DNA of 64,000 bases from Paracoccaceae bacterium (GCA_021775315.1 JAJFIC010000027.1:8759-72758), one strand, 5' to 3'; positions 8,580 through 17,566 are shown, counted from the first letter of the stretch. Numbers and translations are program-made. The notes: a model not told the origin generated them from the sequence alone.

Positions 8580-9359
8580 ATGACTGAAAACGAAAAACAT
8601 CTTCTGCCGCCCGGATTTACGCAAGAGTGGTACGAAACCGGGCATATCAATACGACCCTGATTATTGCCCGCCTCGCAGGTGTCCAAGATCACCTTGCCC
8701 AGCAAATTGCAATTTATTGCCAGCTGCCGGATTATTTCAAGATGACCTATTCTGCCGGCACACCTTTGTGGGCGTGGATCAGCGGCAAAGGCAAAGATGC
8801 CGAGGTGATTTCCAAAATTCTACACGGTTTCCATGGTGGTGCTCAGGCTGAAGTCGAACGCCGCCAGCGGTTTTTCCGTGATCTGGTGCGAGATCAAATT
8901 ATGCGGCAGGAAGACGTCTGGAAAATCGGTTTCACGGTTCATGCTTTCGGTGATTCCTACGCTCACACCTTTCTGGATGAGGCCGGGCAGCGCTCGGCTT
9001 ACGGCTACCCAATGGGGCACGGTCTTGATTTCCTTTTTTGCGTCAAGCCCGACCACATCTCAAAACATCCCGACTTATACATGGATTATTGCGCCGCGCT
9101 TTTCTGGGCGCTTTGCGGTGAAAAAGCCCAAGACAGCGTCGAATTTGCCGGGTTTGAAGGCGGATTTCGCGCCGTTCGGATGCATCGCAACTATGTCCAA
9201 GGCACAGCCGGTGAAAAAGAAAGCATCGTTTCGGATTTCATAATTCGAGGGTCGTGTGACCGCACCAAACACGCAGACATGAAGGCCGCGATGGCGGCGC
9301 TGGACTATGACGAGGTTATTGGGTTTTTGGAGGGGGTGGGCGCGCAGCTAACTCGTTAA
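8580..9359 (+). CDS. Hypothetical protein with zinc-phospholipase-C/P1-nuclease-like His/Asp motifs (tentative)
   Basis: ATG 8580 lies 1 nt after the upstream stop. Motifs: ETGHINTTLI, ILHGFHGG, FTVHAFGDSYAHTF (compare the H-x3-D-x(n)-H zinc site of Zn-dependent PLC), PMGHGLD, KPDHI. No signal peptide. Confidence 0.4.
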   Translation: MTENEKHLLPPGFTQEWYETGHINTTLIIARLAGVQDHLAQQIAIYCQLPDYFKMTYSAGTPLWAWISGKGKDAEVISKILHGFHGGAQAEVERRQRFFRDLVRDQIMRQEDVWKIGFTVHAFGDSYAHTFLDEAGQRSAYGYPMGHGLDFLFCVKPDHISKHPDLYMDYCAALFWALCGEKAQDSVEFAGFEGGFRAVRMHRNYVQGTAGEKESIVSDFIIRGSCDRTKHADMKAAMAALDYDEVIGFLEGVGAQLTR

Positions 9360-11011
9360 CTGCGGTTCCAGCAATTGGCATAAGGCTGGTTTTCGATGTC
9401 CAGCCAAAATTTCTGTGGGTACTTTAAGTTTCTCAAAAAATGCGGATTTTCCATGCTCATGGAAAGCAACTTGACCATCCTTGTTCGCCAGCCCCAAGGT
9501 TCAGGCGGCTTTTTTGGGTCGTATAAATAGGCGTAAAGTGAATGAGCACTGAACCCATCCCTTATTCCGGCGACCTTATAATTCGCACCAAATGATTCTT
9601 GACAGATTTTGTCAGCGTCAGTGATATGGGCAGGAGGAAGCAAAGGTAGTGTGGCCATAACAACACCGCTTGTCCAAAAGGGCCTTGGGTCCTTCACTCC
9701 AACTATCAAATTATTACCCTCATCGCGTTCGAGCCCCTCTGGCATTGACCAATTTCCCGATTTATCAATGCACAGCAATGGAAGATAACTACGACAGCTG
9801 GTCGCTACCGCATCTAAGTTTGAAGCATTCCTGAATTTTGCATCTGGCCCTAGGTCTGTACGGGATCTGTTGTCCAAATCCACGCTGCCGTAATGATCAC
9901 AGTTTTCTCGCCCGAATATCAGTTTTCGAAGGTATGAGACGCTGGAATTGGCCTGGCACCCGAAAACACCAATTCCAGAATGCGTGCGAGACGGCCCATT
10001 GAAAGTCCAAGCGTAGCCGGACAATTCCGCGTTAGCGATTGCGTAGCCATCCTGGAAAACCTCCTTTGAATCAAAGGTCTGTGTCGGTTGCCTGGGATTA
10101 TAGATCAACAATATCAGAATCAAGCCTAACAAGAATAGAATGACAATTCCGATGACCGTTTTCGTAAGAACTGAGAGTTTTGAATACTTTTTCTGTGCAG
10201 CCGATTGCAGGCTCATCAAATCAGACAGGCCCTGCACAGCTTCCGCATCTGGATTTGGGTTCCGCGAAAATTCAAGATACCCGGCAGAGTTCGTCACATC
10301 CAAATATGGCCTAGTCTCTTTGCCGTCCTTGTTGCGCTGCGAATGAATATACCCGCTAATGTCTATTAGGTTGATTGTTGCCTTGCCTGGAGCAGCCTCA
10401 CCTGATTCAACACCTCGAATGAACGCGTCAGTGAATAGCGAATAAGGTTTCCCGGTCTCATCGACGGTTTCATATGCACTTGCGCCTGATTGCGACGCGC
10501 CCAATACATAGGTGCCGGTCCCTTTGGGATCAAACGCCGCATTCAGCAATCCGCCACTAAAGTCAGCAGAGCGCGCGGTAAAGCTGCCATCATCGCGAAA
10601 CGCACCGGCGTTACAGCAATCCAGCATCACCACTTTCTTTTCGGAAAACGATCGTTCCAGTTTCTCGCGAATGTAGCTGGCGTTAAGGGATACCGCGTCG
10701 TAGTTTTCGTTTGTTGTTCCCTTAAGCGCCAAAAACAACTCGCCTGAATCTCCGCGAATGCCGTGGCCCGCATAGTAAAAGAACAGAAAATCTTCTTTGT
10801 CGGCATTGCCAAAAAACCGCGAGACTTCGTCGCGAAAATCTTCCAAATTCAGGTTTGATTTGACTATGACATTTTTATCATCGAACCCAACATAGTCCTT
10901 CTTTAACAATTCCGTAAGTCGTTGAACATCTTCCGAAGTCGCCAGAAGCGGTTGAAAACTTTTGTCTAGAAACTTGTTATTGTGAATAAGTAAGGCGCGC
11001 TTGACCATCAT
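9356..11011 (-). CDS. Membrane-spanning caspase-like (peptidase C14) protein: cytoplasmic caspase domain, one TM helix, Cys-rich periplasmic domain
   Basis: KRALLIHNNKF...DFLFFYYAGHG (His) ...KKVVMLDCCNAG (Cys) form the caspase His-Cys dyad. K-rich QKKYSKLSVLTK precedes the TM helix VIGIVILFLLGLILILLIY (aa ~284-304). About 247 aa with six Cys follow. RBS GAAGGG; ATG 11011 lies 12 nt after the upstream stop. Confidence 0.8.
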   Translation of the reverse strand: MMVKRALLIHNNKFLDKSFQPLLATSEDVQRLTELLKKDYVGFDDKNVIVKSNLNLEDFRDEVSRFFGNADKEDFLFFYYAGHGIRGDSGELFLALKGTTNENYDAVSLNASYIREKLERSFSEKKVVMLDCCNAGAFRDDGSFTARSADFSGGLLNAAFDPKGTGTYVLGASQSGASAYETVDETGKPYSLFTDAFIRGVESGEAAPGKATINLIDISGYIHSQRNKDGKETRPYLDVTNSAGYLEFSRNPNPDAEAVQGLSDLMSLQSAAQKKYSKLSVLTKTVIGIVILFLLGLILILLIYNPRQPTQTFDSKEVFQDGYAIANAELSGYAWTFNGPSRTHSGIGVFGCQANSSVSYLRKLIFGRENCDHYGSVDLDNRSRTDLGPDAKFRNASNLDAVATSCRSYLPLLCIDKSGNWSMPEGLERDEGNNLIVGVKDPRPFWTSGVVMATLPLLPPAHITDADKICQESFGANYKVAGIRDGFSAHSLYAYLYDPKKPPEPWGWRTRMVKLLSMSMENPHFLRNLKYPQKFWLDIENQPYANCWNRS

Positions 11012-11023
11012 AAATACCCTTCG

Positions 11024-12145
11024 CTAAATATAAGTCAGCCTGTCATTGTCAAACTCGTTTTGCAAGGCAGCCATCGAATGGGCATAGTTGCTGATCCGTT
11101 TCGCGCCTGCGAAGTGGATGCCGATGACGTTGGTCGACCCACTTCCAAGGTCAATCACAGGTGAGCCGGAATTGCCGCCAAGCGTCGTACAATCATGGCC
11201 AAAGACGGTGTCTTTGTGGTCCGCTTCAATATCCGCGAACGAGGCTGAAATCGTGCCGGGGCAATAGCGTTTGATGCCGTATTCGCTTTGAAACAGGTCC
11301 TTTAGCAATGTGAACCTCTCGGTGCCCGCTTGCGGCCGTCCGGGGTATCCAAGCACATAGACCGTGCGGTCAAAGATCACGTTGCTGCGCGTTTCTTCAA
11401 GCGACAAAGCTGCGGGGAGTTTTCGGCGAAACCAGCCGATTTTGAGTGGAATTATGGCGTAGTCGAAGTGATCAAAGCTGGTCCCTGTTTCGGATTTCGC
11501 ATTGCTGGTGCTGGTTCCGTTCGGCTTAAGTTTGATCTCACGACCGCCTTCTCCGGCATCGGCAAAGGATATCGTGGCTCCGTCGCGGATTGTCCAGACA
11601 TCGTTCGTTTCCTGACCGATTACAGTCAGCACATGCCGGTTGGTCATGATCTGATCACCTGTGACCACAAACCCGGTGCCTATCTGCTGACCTTGAAAAT
11701 TAATTCGCCCGACAGACCGGGCCGTCGTTTCAATTTGCGACGCATCTGCGACAGTTTCCCCTTGCCATGGTCCAAGTGCCGCCGTGGTGTAATCAAGCCG
11801 GCCATCCTTGAAATCAATCACGGGTCGAATGCCTTCTGCAATGACGATCGCTTCGAGGGCAATGTTTTCATTGGGCGCCAATTCGGCCCTGGCAGCGTCT
11901 TTTGACAGTTTGCTAACCGCCAAAGTCGCGCTTTCAATCAGTGCTGCCTTTTGTTCGGCGGCCAATAGTTCAATATTCGGGATTTCGGACAACATGGATA
12001 TCAGGCTTTGCGCGCGATCCTCATCCAGTTTCCTGTGCTCGGGTGGCACAATTATCGAAGCGCGTGGAATGTATTTCTGCGGCTGGTCGCCAGTTTCGGC
12101 TCCGCGATTGCCCAGAAGATCGATATATTCAATGGCTGAGCGCAT
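11024..12145 (-). CDS. Cytoplasmic trypsin-like (Trypsin_2 / S1-type) serine protease with a ~150-aa N-terminal domain
   Basis: Triad motifs IMTNRHVL (His), FDYAIIPL (Asp), TTLGGNSGSPVIDL (Ser). No signal peptide. GGAG RBS before ATG 12145. Co-oriented with the caspase-like gene and separated from it by 12 nt. Confidence 0.8.
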   Translation of the reverse strand: MRSAIEYIDLLGNRGAETGDQPQKYIPRASIIVPPEHRKLDEDRAQSLISMLSEIPNIELLAAEQKAALIESATLAVSKLSKDAARAELAPNENIALEAIVIAEGIRPVIDFKDGRLDYTTAALGPWQGETVADASQIETTARSVGRINFQGQQIGTGFVVTGDQIMTNRHVLTVIGQETNDVWTIRDGATISFADAGEGGREIKLKPNGTSTSNAKSETGTSFDHFDYAIIPLKIGWFRRKLPAALSLEETRSNVIFDRTVYVLGYPGRPQAGTERFTLLKDLFQSEYGIKRYCPGTISASFADIEADHKDTVFGHDCTTLGGNSGSPVIDLGSGSTNVIGIHFAGAKRISNYAHSMAALQNEFDNDRLTYI

Positions 12146-12360
12146 CTAACACTCCAAAATGAAATCTGTTTTTAAAACAATAGAAACGGAAATGCATAAT
12201 ATGCAAACAAACAATGATGCCGAATTGCGTGATTTGGTAAGACTTGCGCCCCTTGGTCACGGGAAATTATTTAGTGTCCAAAGTTTTAAGACTTATAGCC
12301 GGGTCTGCTTGACGACAGTTTCCTTTCAGTATCGTATCAGCCGGAACAAGGGGAACGTCC

Positions 12361-13563
12361 ATGCTTTCCATTAATCCTGACCGCTTTCTTTCTGATCTCC
12401 ACACGCTTCGTCAATTTGGAACAAGCGGCATCGGAAAGGGCGTGGTGCGACCTGCCTATTCAGAGGCGGATATCGCGGCGCGGGATTGGTTGGCAGAGCA
12501 GATGAAAGCGTCGGGCCTGACGCCACATTTCGACCCGGTTGGCAATCTTTTTGGTCTGACCGACGTGCCTTCGATACTGTTGGGGTCACATACCGATAGT
12601 CAGCCTGAAGGCGGCTGGCTGGACGGCGCCTTGGGCGTAATCACAGCGCTGGAAATTGCGCGTGCCGCTAAAGAGTCCGGTAGCCCTGCGGTTTCTGTCG
12701 TTTCGTTTCAGGATGAAGAGGGACGGTTTGGTGTGACAACAGGTTCAGCCGTCTGGAGCAAAGAAATAACGCTAAAGGATGCCGATGCCTTGACCGACCG
12801 GGATGGAATTGCCTTTGGCCACGCTCGTCAGGCCATGGGGAAACGTTGCAAAGACTTCGTCGATCCTGCCCAATTCACAGGCTTCATAGAATTGCATATC
12901 GAGCAGGGTCCATCCCTTGATCAGTCCGGTGAAAAGATTGGGGTGGTGACTGACATCGTCGGTATCCGCGACATGAAGATGACCTTTCAGGGCCAGCAAA
13001 ACCACGCAGGCACAACGCCAATGGCAATGCGGCGTGATGCGTTCCAAGCGCTTTCAACGTTCAACCATTTATTGAACGACCGCCTGCGCAATGTGGTTAC
13101 ACCGCGGACAGTCTGGACAATTGGGCATGTATCTTTGCACCCAAATGCATCTTCAATCGTTCCGGGTGCCGTCACATTTTCAATGCAATGGCGCGACAGC
13201 GACGCCAGCAGGCTGACACGGATGGAAGACATTATTCGCGCTACCGCCGCTGAAGTATCCTCGGAAATGGAAATAGGCGTGACCTATGGCCCGTTGCTTG
13301 GGTTGGAGCCGGTACAGATGGATAAGCGCCTACTTTCAGCCCTCAAGCTGGCCGCTGAAATCGAAGCGCCGGGTTTGTGGCGGACCATGCCTTCGGGGGC
13401 CTTGCATGACGCCACCAATGTTGCTGCAATGATGCCCGTTGCGATGTTGTTTGTGCCTTCTATTGGTGGTATCAGCCACGCATTTCAAGAAGATACCAAA
13501 GAAGACGATTTGGTAACCGGGCTTCGGGTGCAAGCGCGCGCCGTGGACGCACTGGCGTCGTGA
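12361..13563 (+). CDS. M20-family amidohydrolase (allantoate amidohydrolase / N-carbamoyl-L-amino-acid hydrolase type)
   Basis: [41 protein letters not shown] motifs. AAGGGGA RBS before the ATG. Confidence 0.8.
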   Translation: MLSINPDRFLSDLHTLRQFGTSGIGKGVVRPAYSEADIAARDWLAEQMKASGLTPHFDPVGNLFGLTDVPSILLGSHTDSQPEGGWLDGALGVITALEIARAAKESGSPAVSVVSFQDEEGRFGVTTGSAVWSKEITLKDADALTDRDGIAFGHARQAMGKRCKDFVDPAQFTGFIELHIEQGPSLDQSGEKIGVVTDIVGIRDMKMTFQGQQNHAGTTPMAMRRDAFQALSTFNHLLNDRLRNVVTPRTVWTIGHVSLHPNASSIVPGAVTFSMQWRDSDASRLTRMEDIIRATAAEVSSEMEIGVTYGPLLGLEPVQMDKRLLSALKLAAEIEAPGLWRTMPSGALHDATNVAAMMPVAMLFVPSIGGISHAFQEDTKEDDLVTGLRVQARAVDALAS

Positions 13564-13767
13564 AAACCCATTCTGTGCAAATATTAAAAAATTTTCAAAT
13601 TTGCTGAAAAGCTTTTCACGCAAGCAAAGCGACTGCTTTGATCACGTTGCATCGTGGATTTGGGCGCAAGGTCGATATGGCTGAAGTTTCACAACGTGCG
13701 CCAAATTGCGCTGGTATTTCATGGCGGTTTCAACCATCTTTCCATTAGCTTTTAGGAGATATCACAT

Positions 13768-14040
13768 ATGAAAAAGATGGTTTGGTTGTTGGGTTTGGCA
13801 ACGATGTCGCTTGCTGCCTGTGAAACGTATGATGCTGGGGACAGTGACCAGCCAACTCCATTCATCAAGCAATTGCCAAAAGGCGTGCTGGAGATTGCGG
13901 CACCCTATCAGGATCTGGAAGCGGTACGGATTGATCCGTCGACCGGATGCTATGTCTATCAGCATGTCGGCCCGGTCGAGACGACATTTCTGCCGCTGAG
14001 AACAGAAACCGGATCACCGATTTGCACGCGAAAGCTGTAA
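13768..14040 (+). CDS. Small lipoprotein (90 aa)
   Basis: MKKMVWLLGLATMSLAAC has the lipobox L-A-A-C. TAGGAG RBS upstream. Confidence 0.65.
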   Translation: MKKMVWLLGLATMSLAACETYDAGDSDQPTPFIKQLPKGVLEIAAPYQDLEAVRIDPSTGCYVYQHVGPVETTFLPLRTETGSPICTRKL

Positions 14041-14119
14041 CCTGAACGGGCCAACCCGCGCTTGTTTTCGGCCAAGCCAGCAGGTGATCTGACGCCGAAC
14101 TTGCAGCCTGTACGAATGT

Positions 14120-14785
14120 TCAGCTTTCCGCTGTGATCCCATCTTTGGGGGGATACAGGTATGCAGTCGATCCGATTGATACGTGTTGGTAAAGTTCGTT
14201 GATATGCGCCATCACCATCCGAACGCAGCCGGAACTGGCCCGACCCCCGATGGATTCCGGGTGGGGCGAGCCGTGGATGCGCAAATAAGTGTCCCGATTG
14301 CCCACAAACAGATACAGCGCGCGTGAACCGAGGGGGTTTTTGGGCCCGCCGTCCATCCCACCTGCCAGATCGGTGTACGCTTCGGGGTCACGCTTGATCA
14401 TGGCAGCGGTTGGCGTCCATGTCGGCCATTTGGCCTTGCGCCGAACAACGTAAGTCCCGGCTGTGTAAAGGTTTCCACGCGCAATCGCGACGCCATATCG
14501 CATCGCGGTGCCGTCGTTTTGGATGTGATAAAGGTATCTCGCCACCGCATCGACATGTATGTCGCCAGCCCGCAGACCAGAATTTGCCTCAACCCGCCGA
14601 GGCAAAAAGCGTGGGTACAGGCCCCAGGGATTTGACGTGGCAGGATCATAATTTGCGGGTGTTACCAGTTCGTCCCATTCCGTCCACTTTGATCTGTTTG
14701 TTGTCGGTCCAGCCAAAACCGGACCGGAAATTGGGGCTGAAAACATCGCCGCCGCCGAAATAATGAAATGTCGTTTGGTTAACAT
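14120..14785 (-). CDS. L,D-transpeptidase (YkuD domain)
   Basis: N-terminal signal-like MLTKRHFIISAAAMFSAPISGPVLA. Catalytic motif HGSPHPESIGGRASSGCVRM. Confidence 0.85.
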   Translation of the reverse strand: MLTKRHFIISAAAMFSAPISGPVLAGPTTNRSKWTEWDELVTPANYDPATSNPWGLYPRFLPRRVEANSGLRAGDIHVDAVARYLYHIQNDGTAMRYGVAIARGNLYTAGTYVVRRKAKWPTWTPTAAMIKRDPEAYTDLAGGMDGGPKNPLGSRALYLFVGNRDTYLRIHGSPHPESIGGRASSGCVRMVMAHINELYQHVSIGSTAYLYPPKDGITAES

Positions 14786-14968
14786 GGGTCAGCGATCCTC
14801 AAATTGCGGCGGCGTGAATGGCGAATGGGGATTAGAACTACCCATGATCGGGCAAATTGCCAGACACATACCTGTGTTCACACCAAAAAGAGAACGATGC
14901 TGGCAAAAATGCAAGTGCCAAAGCCAGAGCCGTTTTTGGTGCTTTTGATCTATTCACAAGGCCTGAAA

Positions 14969-14995
14969 GGAGCGCCGTTTTTGATACAGCGCTCC
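14969..14995 (-). terminator. Hairpin GGAGCGC-N13-GCGCTCC downstream of the oxidoreductase operon; weak terminator candidate
   Basis: 7-bp GC-rich stem read from the sequence. On the minus strand only a short TTTC tract follows. Confidence 0.3.
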
Positions 14996-15031
14996 CCTGT
15001 TTCAAAGAATTAGACAAACATTGAAACGCCC

Positions 15032-16024
15032 CTAAATCCTCAATGCTGCGTGATCCACTGTCACAATCAGGTTCCCTCGTTTATGGCCTTTTTCGACATA
15101 TGCGTGCGCCAACGCGATCTGCTCCAGTGGGTAGCATCGATCAATCACTGTGGTTAATTCCCCGTTGACGATCATGTTTTTAAGGATGTCCATATCCTTG
15201 ATCTTGTCGGCATCCTTACGCAAACCCGTCGCTGCCATTTTCGCCCTTTTCCCAACGCCGAAGATGTGCGTCAGGGGTGATGCCAAGGTAGATACATCCG
15301 GAACGGTCGTCAGATATATGCCGTTTGGGGTCAGGTTGCCGCGCGCTTTGGTAAAGCTGCTTTTACCAACTGTGTCGAAAATCACATCATAAGTCTGACC
15401 GGAGTTCTGAAAATTTTCGCGACTGTAATCAACGACATGAGCGGCACCGAGTGCGCGAACCATTTCTGTGTTCGCAGTGCTGCACGCGCCCGTGACTTCT
15501 GCCCCAAAGCTGACCGCCAACTGCACAGCGACGGTTCCGATGGACCCTGCTGCGCCGATGATCAGGATCTTCTGGCCAGCTTGAAGCTTGGCATTGTCGC
15601 GCAAAAAAGGCAGCGCCGTCAGGCCGCCGTTGCAAATCGCAGCCGTATCCTCGTATCCCAATTGTTCAGGGATTTGGGAAATTGCGGCGTCTTCAGACAT
15701 CACAATGTACTGTGCGTGTGCACCAAATCCGCCGGGGGCTGCCGCAAATACACGATCACCGCATTTAAAGCGGGTAACGCCAGCGCCAACCGCCTCGATC
15801 ACGCCAGAAAGCTCGGTCCCAAGGATCGTATTCTTGGGTTTGAACAGACCGGTAAACAACCGGGCAAATTTTGGATTTCCGGAACGAAACGTCGTGTCGA
15901 CCGGCGTCACGGTCGTTGCGAAAATTTTGACCAAAACTTCACGGTCTTGCGGGGTCGGGCGGGGGATGTCCTGAAGCTCCAGAACGTCCACTGGCCCGTA
16001 TTCTGTGTAGATGACAGCTTTCAT
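15032..16024 (-). CDS. NAD(P)H-dependent MDR-family oxidoreductase (quinone oxidoreductase / Zn-ADH-like)
   Basis: True start MKAVIYTEYGPVDVLELQDIPRP at ATG 16024; the track start 16291 overlaps the upstream gene. Rossmann motif ILIIGAAGSIGTVAVQLA. The ATGA start/stop overlap with the upstream gene indicates translational coupling. Confidence 0.85.
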   Translation of the reverse strand: MKAVIYTEYGPVDVLELQDIPRPTPQDREVLVKIFATTVTPVDTTFRSGNPKFARLFTGLFKPKNTILGTELSGVIEAVGAGVTRFKCGDRVFAAAPGGFGAHAQYIVMSEDAAISQIPEQLGYEDTAAICNGGLTALPFLRDNAKLQAGQKILIIGAAGSIGTVAVQLAVSFGAEVTGACSTANTEMVRALGAAHVVDYSRENFQNSGQTYDVIFDTVGKSSFTKARGNLTPNGIYLTTVPDVSTLASPLTHIFGVGKRAKMAATGLRKDADKIKDMDILKNMIVNGELTTVIDRCYPLEQIALAHAYVEKGHKRGNLIVTVDHAALRI

Positions 16025-16722
16025 GACATGCCCCTTTCTGCGGATGATTTGATGCCCTTGATCAGCAGCCAGAAAGCGATGGACAGTTCGCCGACGGTCA
16101 CGATGACCAACAGCCCAATGTAGATCGCGGTTATTGCATCGTTTTGGATATGCAAGAGTTTCGCCATTGCCTGAAAGAAGTACCCAAACGACCCAACTAT
16201 TATCAGCCAGCCCAATATGCGCGGCAGCAGGTCCGATTTGATGATCAGGACGCCCAAAGCGACAAGGTGCACTGTGAAGAACAACTGCCAAACGTAAATG
16301 CCAAGGGCATGGGCATCAAAAAACACCAGCGCTGCGGCTTGTAATTGCGGTGTCTCAAACGCGCTCAGGTAATCTGCGCCCCCTAACAAAACCACCGGCA
16401 TTATGTAGAGCATCAGGTTGATTGCCATCACCAGAACCATTGCCAGTCTCGACCAAGCTGCGATCAGCGAAAGCGTTAAGCTGACCGGTTTGAACATGAC
16501 ATAAAGCATGGCCGTTAGGATCACCTCGACCAGGAGGATGACGATGTCACCGAATATGCCCATGTTAAACAGCGTCTTGTTGGACAACAGATTGTTGGCT
16601 GTGGTTGCGGCGTCGCCAGCCACGATGATGACCGAAGGAACATAGCCGATGGCGAAGGCGCCGAAGACCGCGATGATCAGGTATAATAATCCGGCGGTGC
16701 GGGCGTAAGATTGCGTTGTCAT
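16021..16722 (-). CDS. DUF4386-like integral membrane protein
   Basis: MTTQSYARTAGLLYLIIAVFGAFAIGYVPS followed by multiple hydrophobic helices, typical of DUF4386 proteins (recognised from memory). Confidence 0.6.
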   Translation of the reverse strand: MTTQSYARTAGLLYLIIAVFGAFAIGYVPSVIIVAGDAATTANNLLSNKTLFNMGIFGDIVILLVEVILTAMLYVMFKPVSLTLSLIAAWSRLAMVLVMAINLMLYIMPVVLLGGADYLSAFETPQLQAAALVFFDAHALGIYVWQLFFTVHLVALGVLIIKSDLLPRILGWLIIVGSFGYFFQAMAKLLHIQNDAITAIYIGLLVIVTVGELSIAFWLLIKGIKSSAERGMS

Positions 16723-16740
16723 TTGATGTCCTTTCAGGGA

Positions 16741-17418
16741 TCAGGATTTTGCGGAAGGGGTGAAGCCCCTAAAGATCAGCCACAGGCTAAGGGCGATTTC
16801 AAACAGGCCACCGGGGCCGGACAGCATCACACCTATTGGGTAGCCAAACATCTCGGCTGTGGTGCCCGTTATGAAGACGAGGTATCCAAAGGCGCCCCAG
16901 ATCGGGAAAAACCGTGGAACAAGGTTTGATTTGCGCAGGACATAGACGAACAGCAGGCCGCCTAAACCCCAGATGGTCATACTGATTTGGTAAGCGTAAA
17001 AGCCGCCCTTTTGCAGAAGCATTGCGAGGGTTTCCAGCTGTGCAATATCAGCGCCTGGGGTGGCGTATGCATCGCTTAAGGAGACAAGAAGTGCTAAGAA
17101 GATTGCGCCCATTATAGCAACAATTGTTGCTGTGATTGCGGCGGCGAAATATCCGTAGGTGGCGGTTTGGTTGAAAGGCTTTAGGACTGGCAACATCACT
17201 GTGGCCAGGCCGATATTTACGAAAGTATGGACGACCGCCATCAGAAGGATGCCGATGGTAAACATGGTTGCATTTCCGCTGATACCAACAAGGTCGCCAC
17301 CGAAACCGGACGTAATTCCGCTGCCAAAGCCGTAGCTTAGGAATGCCAGCAAAAAGAAAACCCCATAGGCATGCGCTGCGGCTCTATGTGGCGATTTAGT
17401 TGCGATAGCTCGGTTCAT
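16741..17418 (-). CDS. DUF4386-like integral membrane protein (paralog of the downstream gene)
   Basis: Start moved to ATG 17418, which has a GAGAGGA RBS; the track start at 17433 is a TTG. Same length and hydropathy layout as 16021..16722, with shared C-terminal ...LSLWLIFRGF / ...IAFWLLIKGI. Confidence 0.55.
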   Translation of the reverse strand: MNRAIATKSPHRAAAHAYGVFFLLAFLSYGFGSGITSGFGGDLVGISGNATMFTIGILLMAVVHTFVNIGLATVMLPVLKPFNQTATYGYFAAAITATIVAIMGAIFLALLVSLSDAYATPGADIAQLETLAMLLQKGGFYAYQISMTIWGLGGLLFVYVLRKSNLVPRFFPIWGAFGYLVFITGTTAEMFGYPIGVMLSGPGGLFEIALSLWLIFRGFTPSAKS

Positions 17419-17566
17419 TTCTCGTCCTCTCAACAGACATGGCGATACCGGTGTCCGCCCGGTGCTTGCCCAGCAGATGAAGTGTTTGGGTTGTTGGTGT
17501 TAAGTCTTGGGGAAGGTCTATGCGCCCACGCGAAATAAATGAATTGCCCAATTTCGTCAGTTTGAT

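Noticed and set aside
8580-12374. Search for a gasdermin-like, NTPase, TIR, SAVED or toxin partner next to the protease pair, including the small ORF 12159..12374.
   Set aside because: No adjacent ORF has the length or features expected of these partners. The ORF 12159..12374 is AT-rich, lacks an RBS and lies in the promoter region. The protease pair is therefore reported without an assigned effector.
16025-16291. N-terminal extension of the oxidoreductase ORF (track start 16291). Similar extensions occur at glyA (31436), the acyl-CoA dehydrogenase (59580), the MerR gene (61902), the thioesterase (62609), the small secreted protein (6023) and lolC (44458).
   Set aside because: The track appears to extend each ORF to the furthest upstream alternative start codon. 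These extensions overlap upstream genes or lack an RBS. Internal ATG or GTG codons give conserved N-termini and have Shine-Dalgarno sequences.
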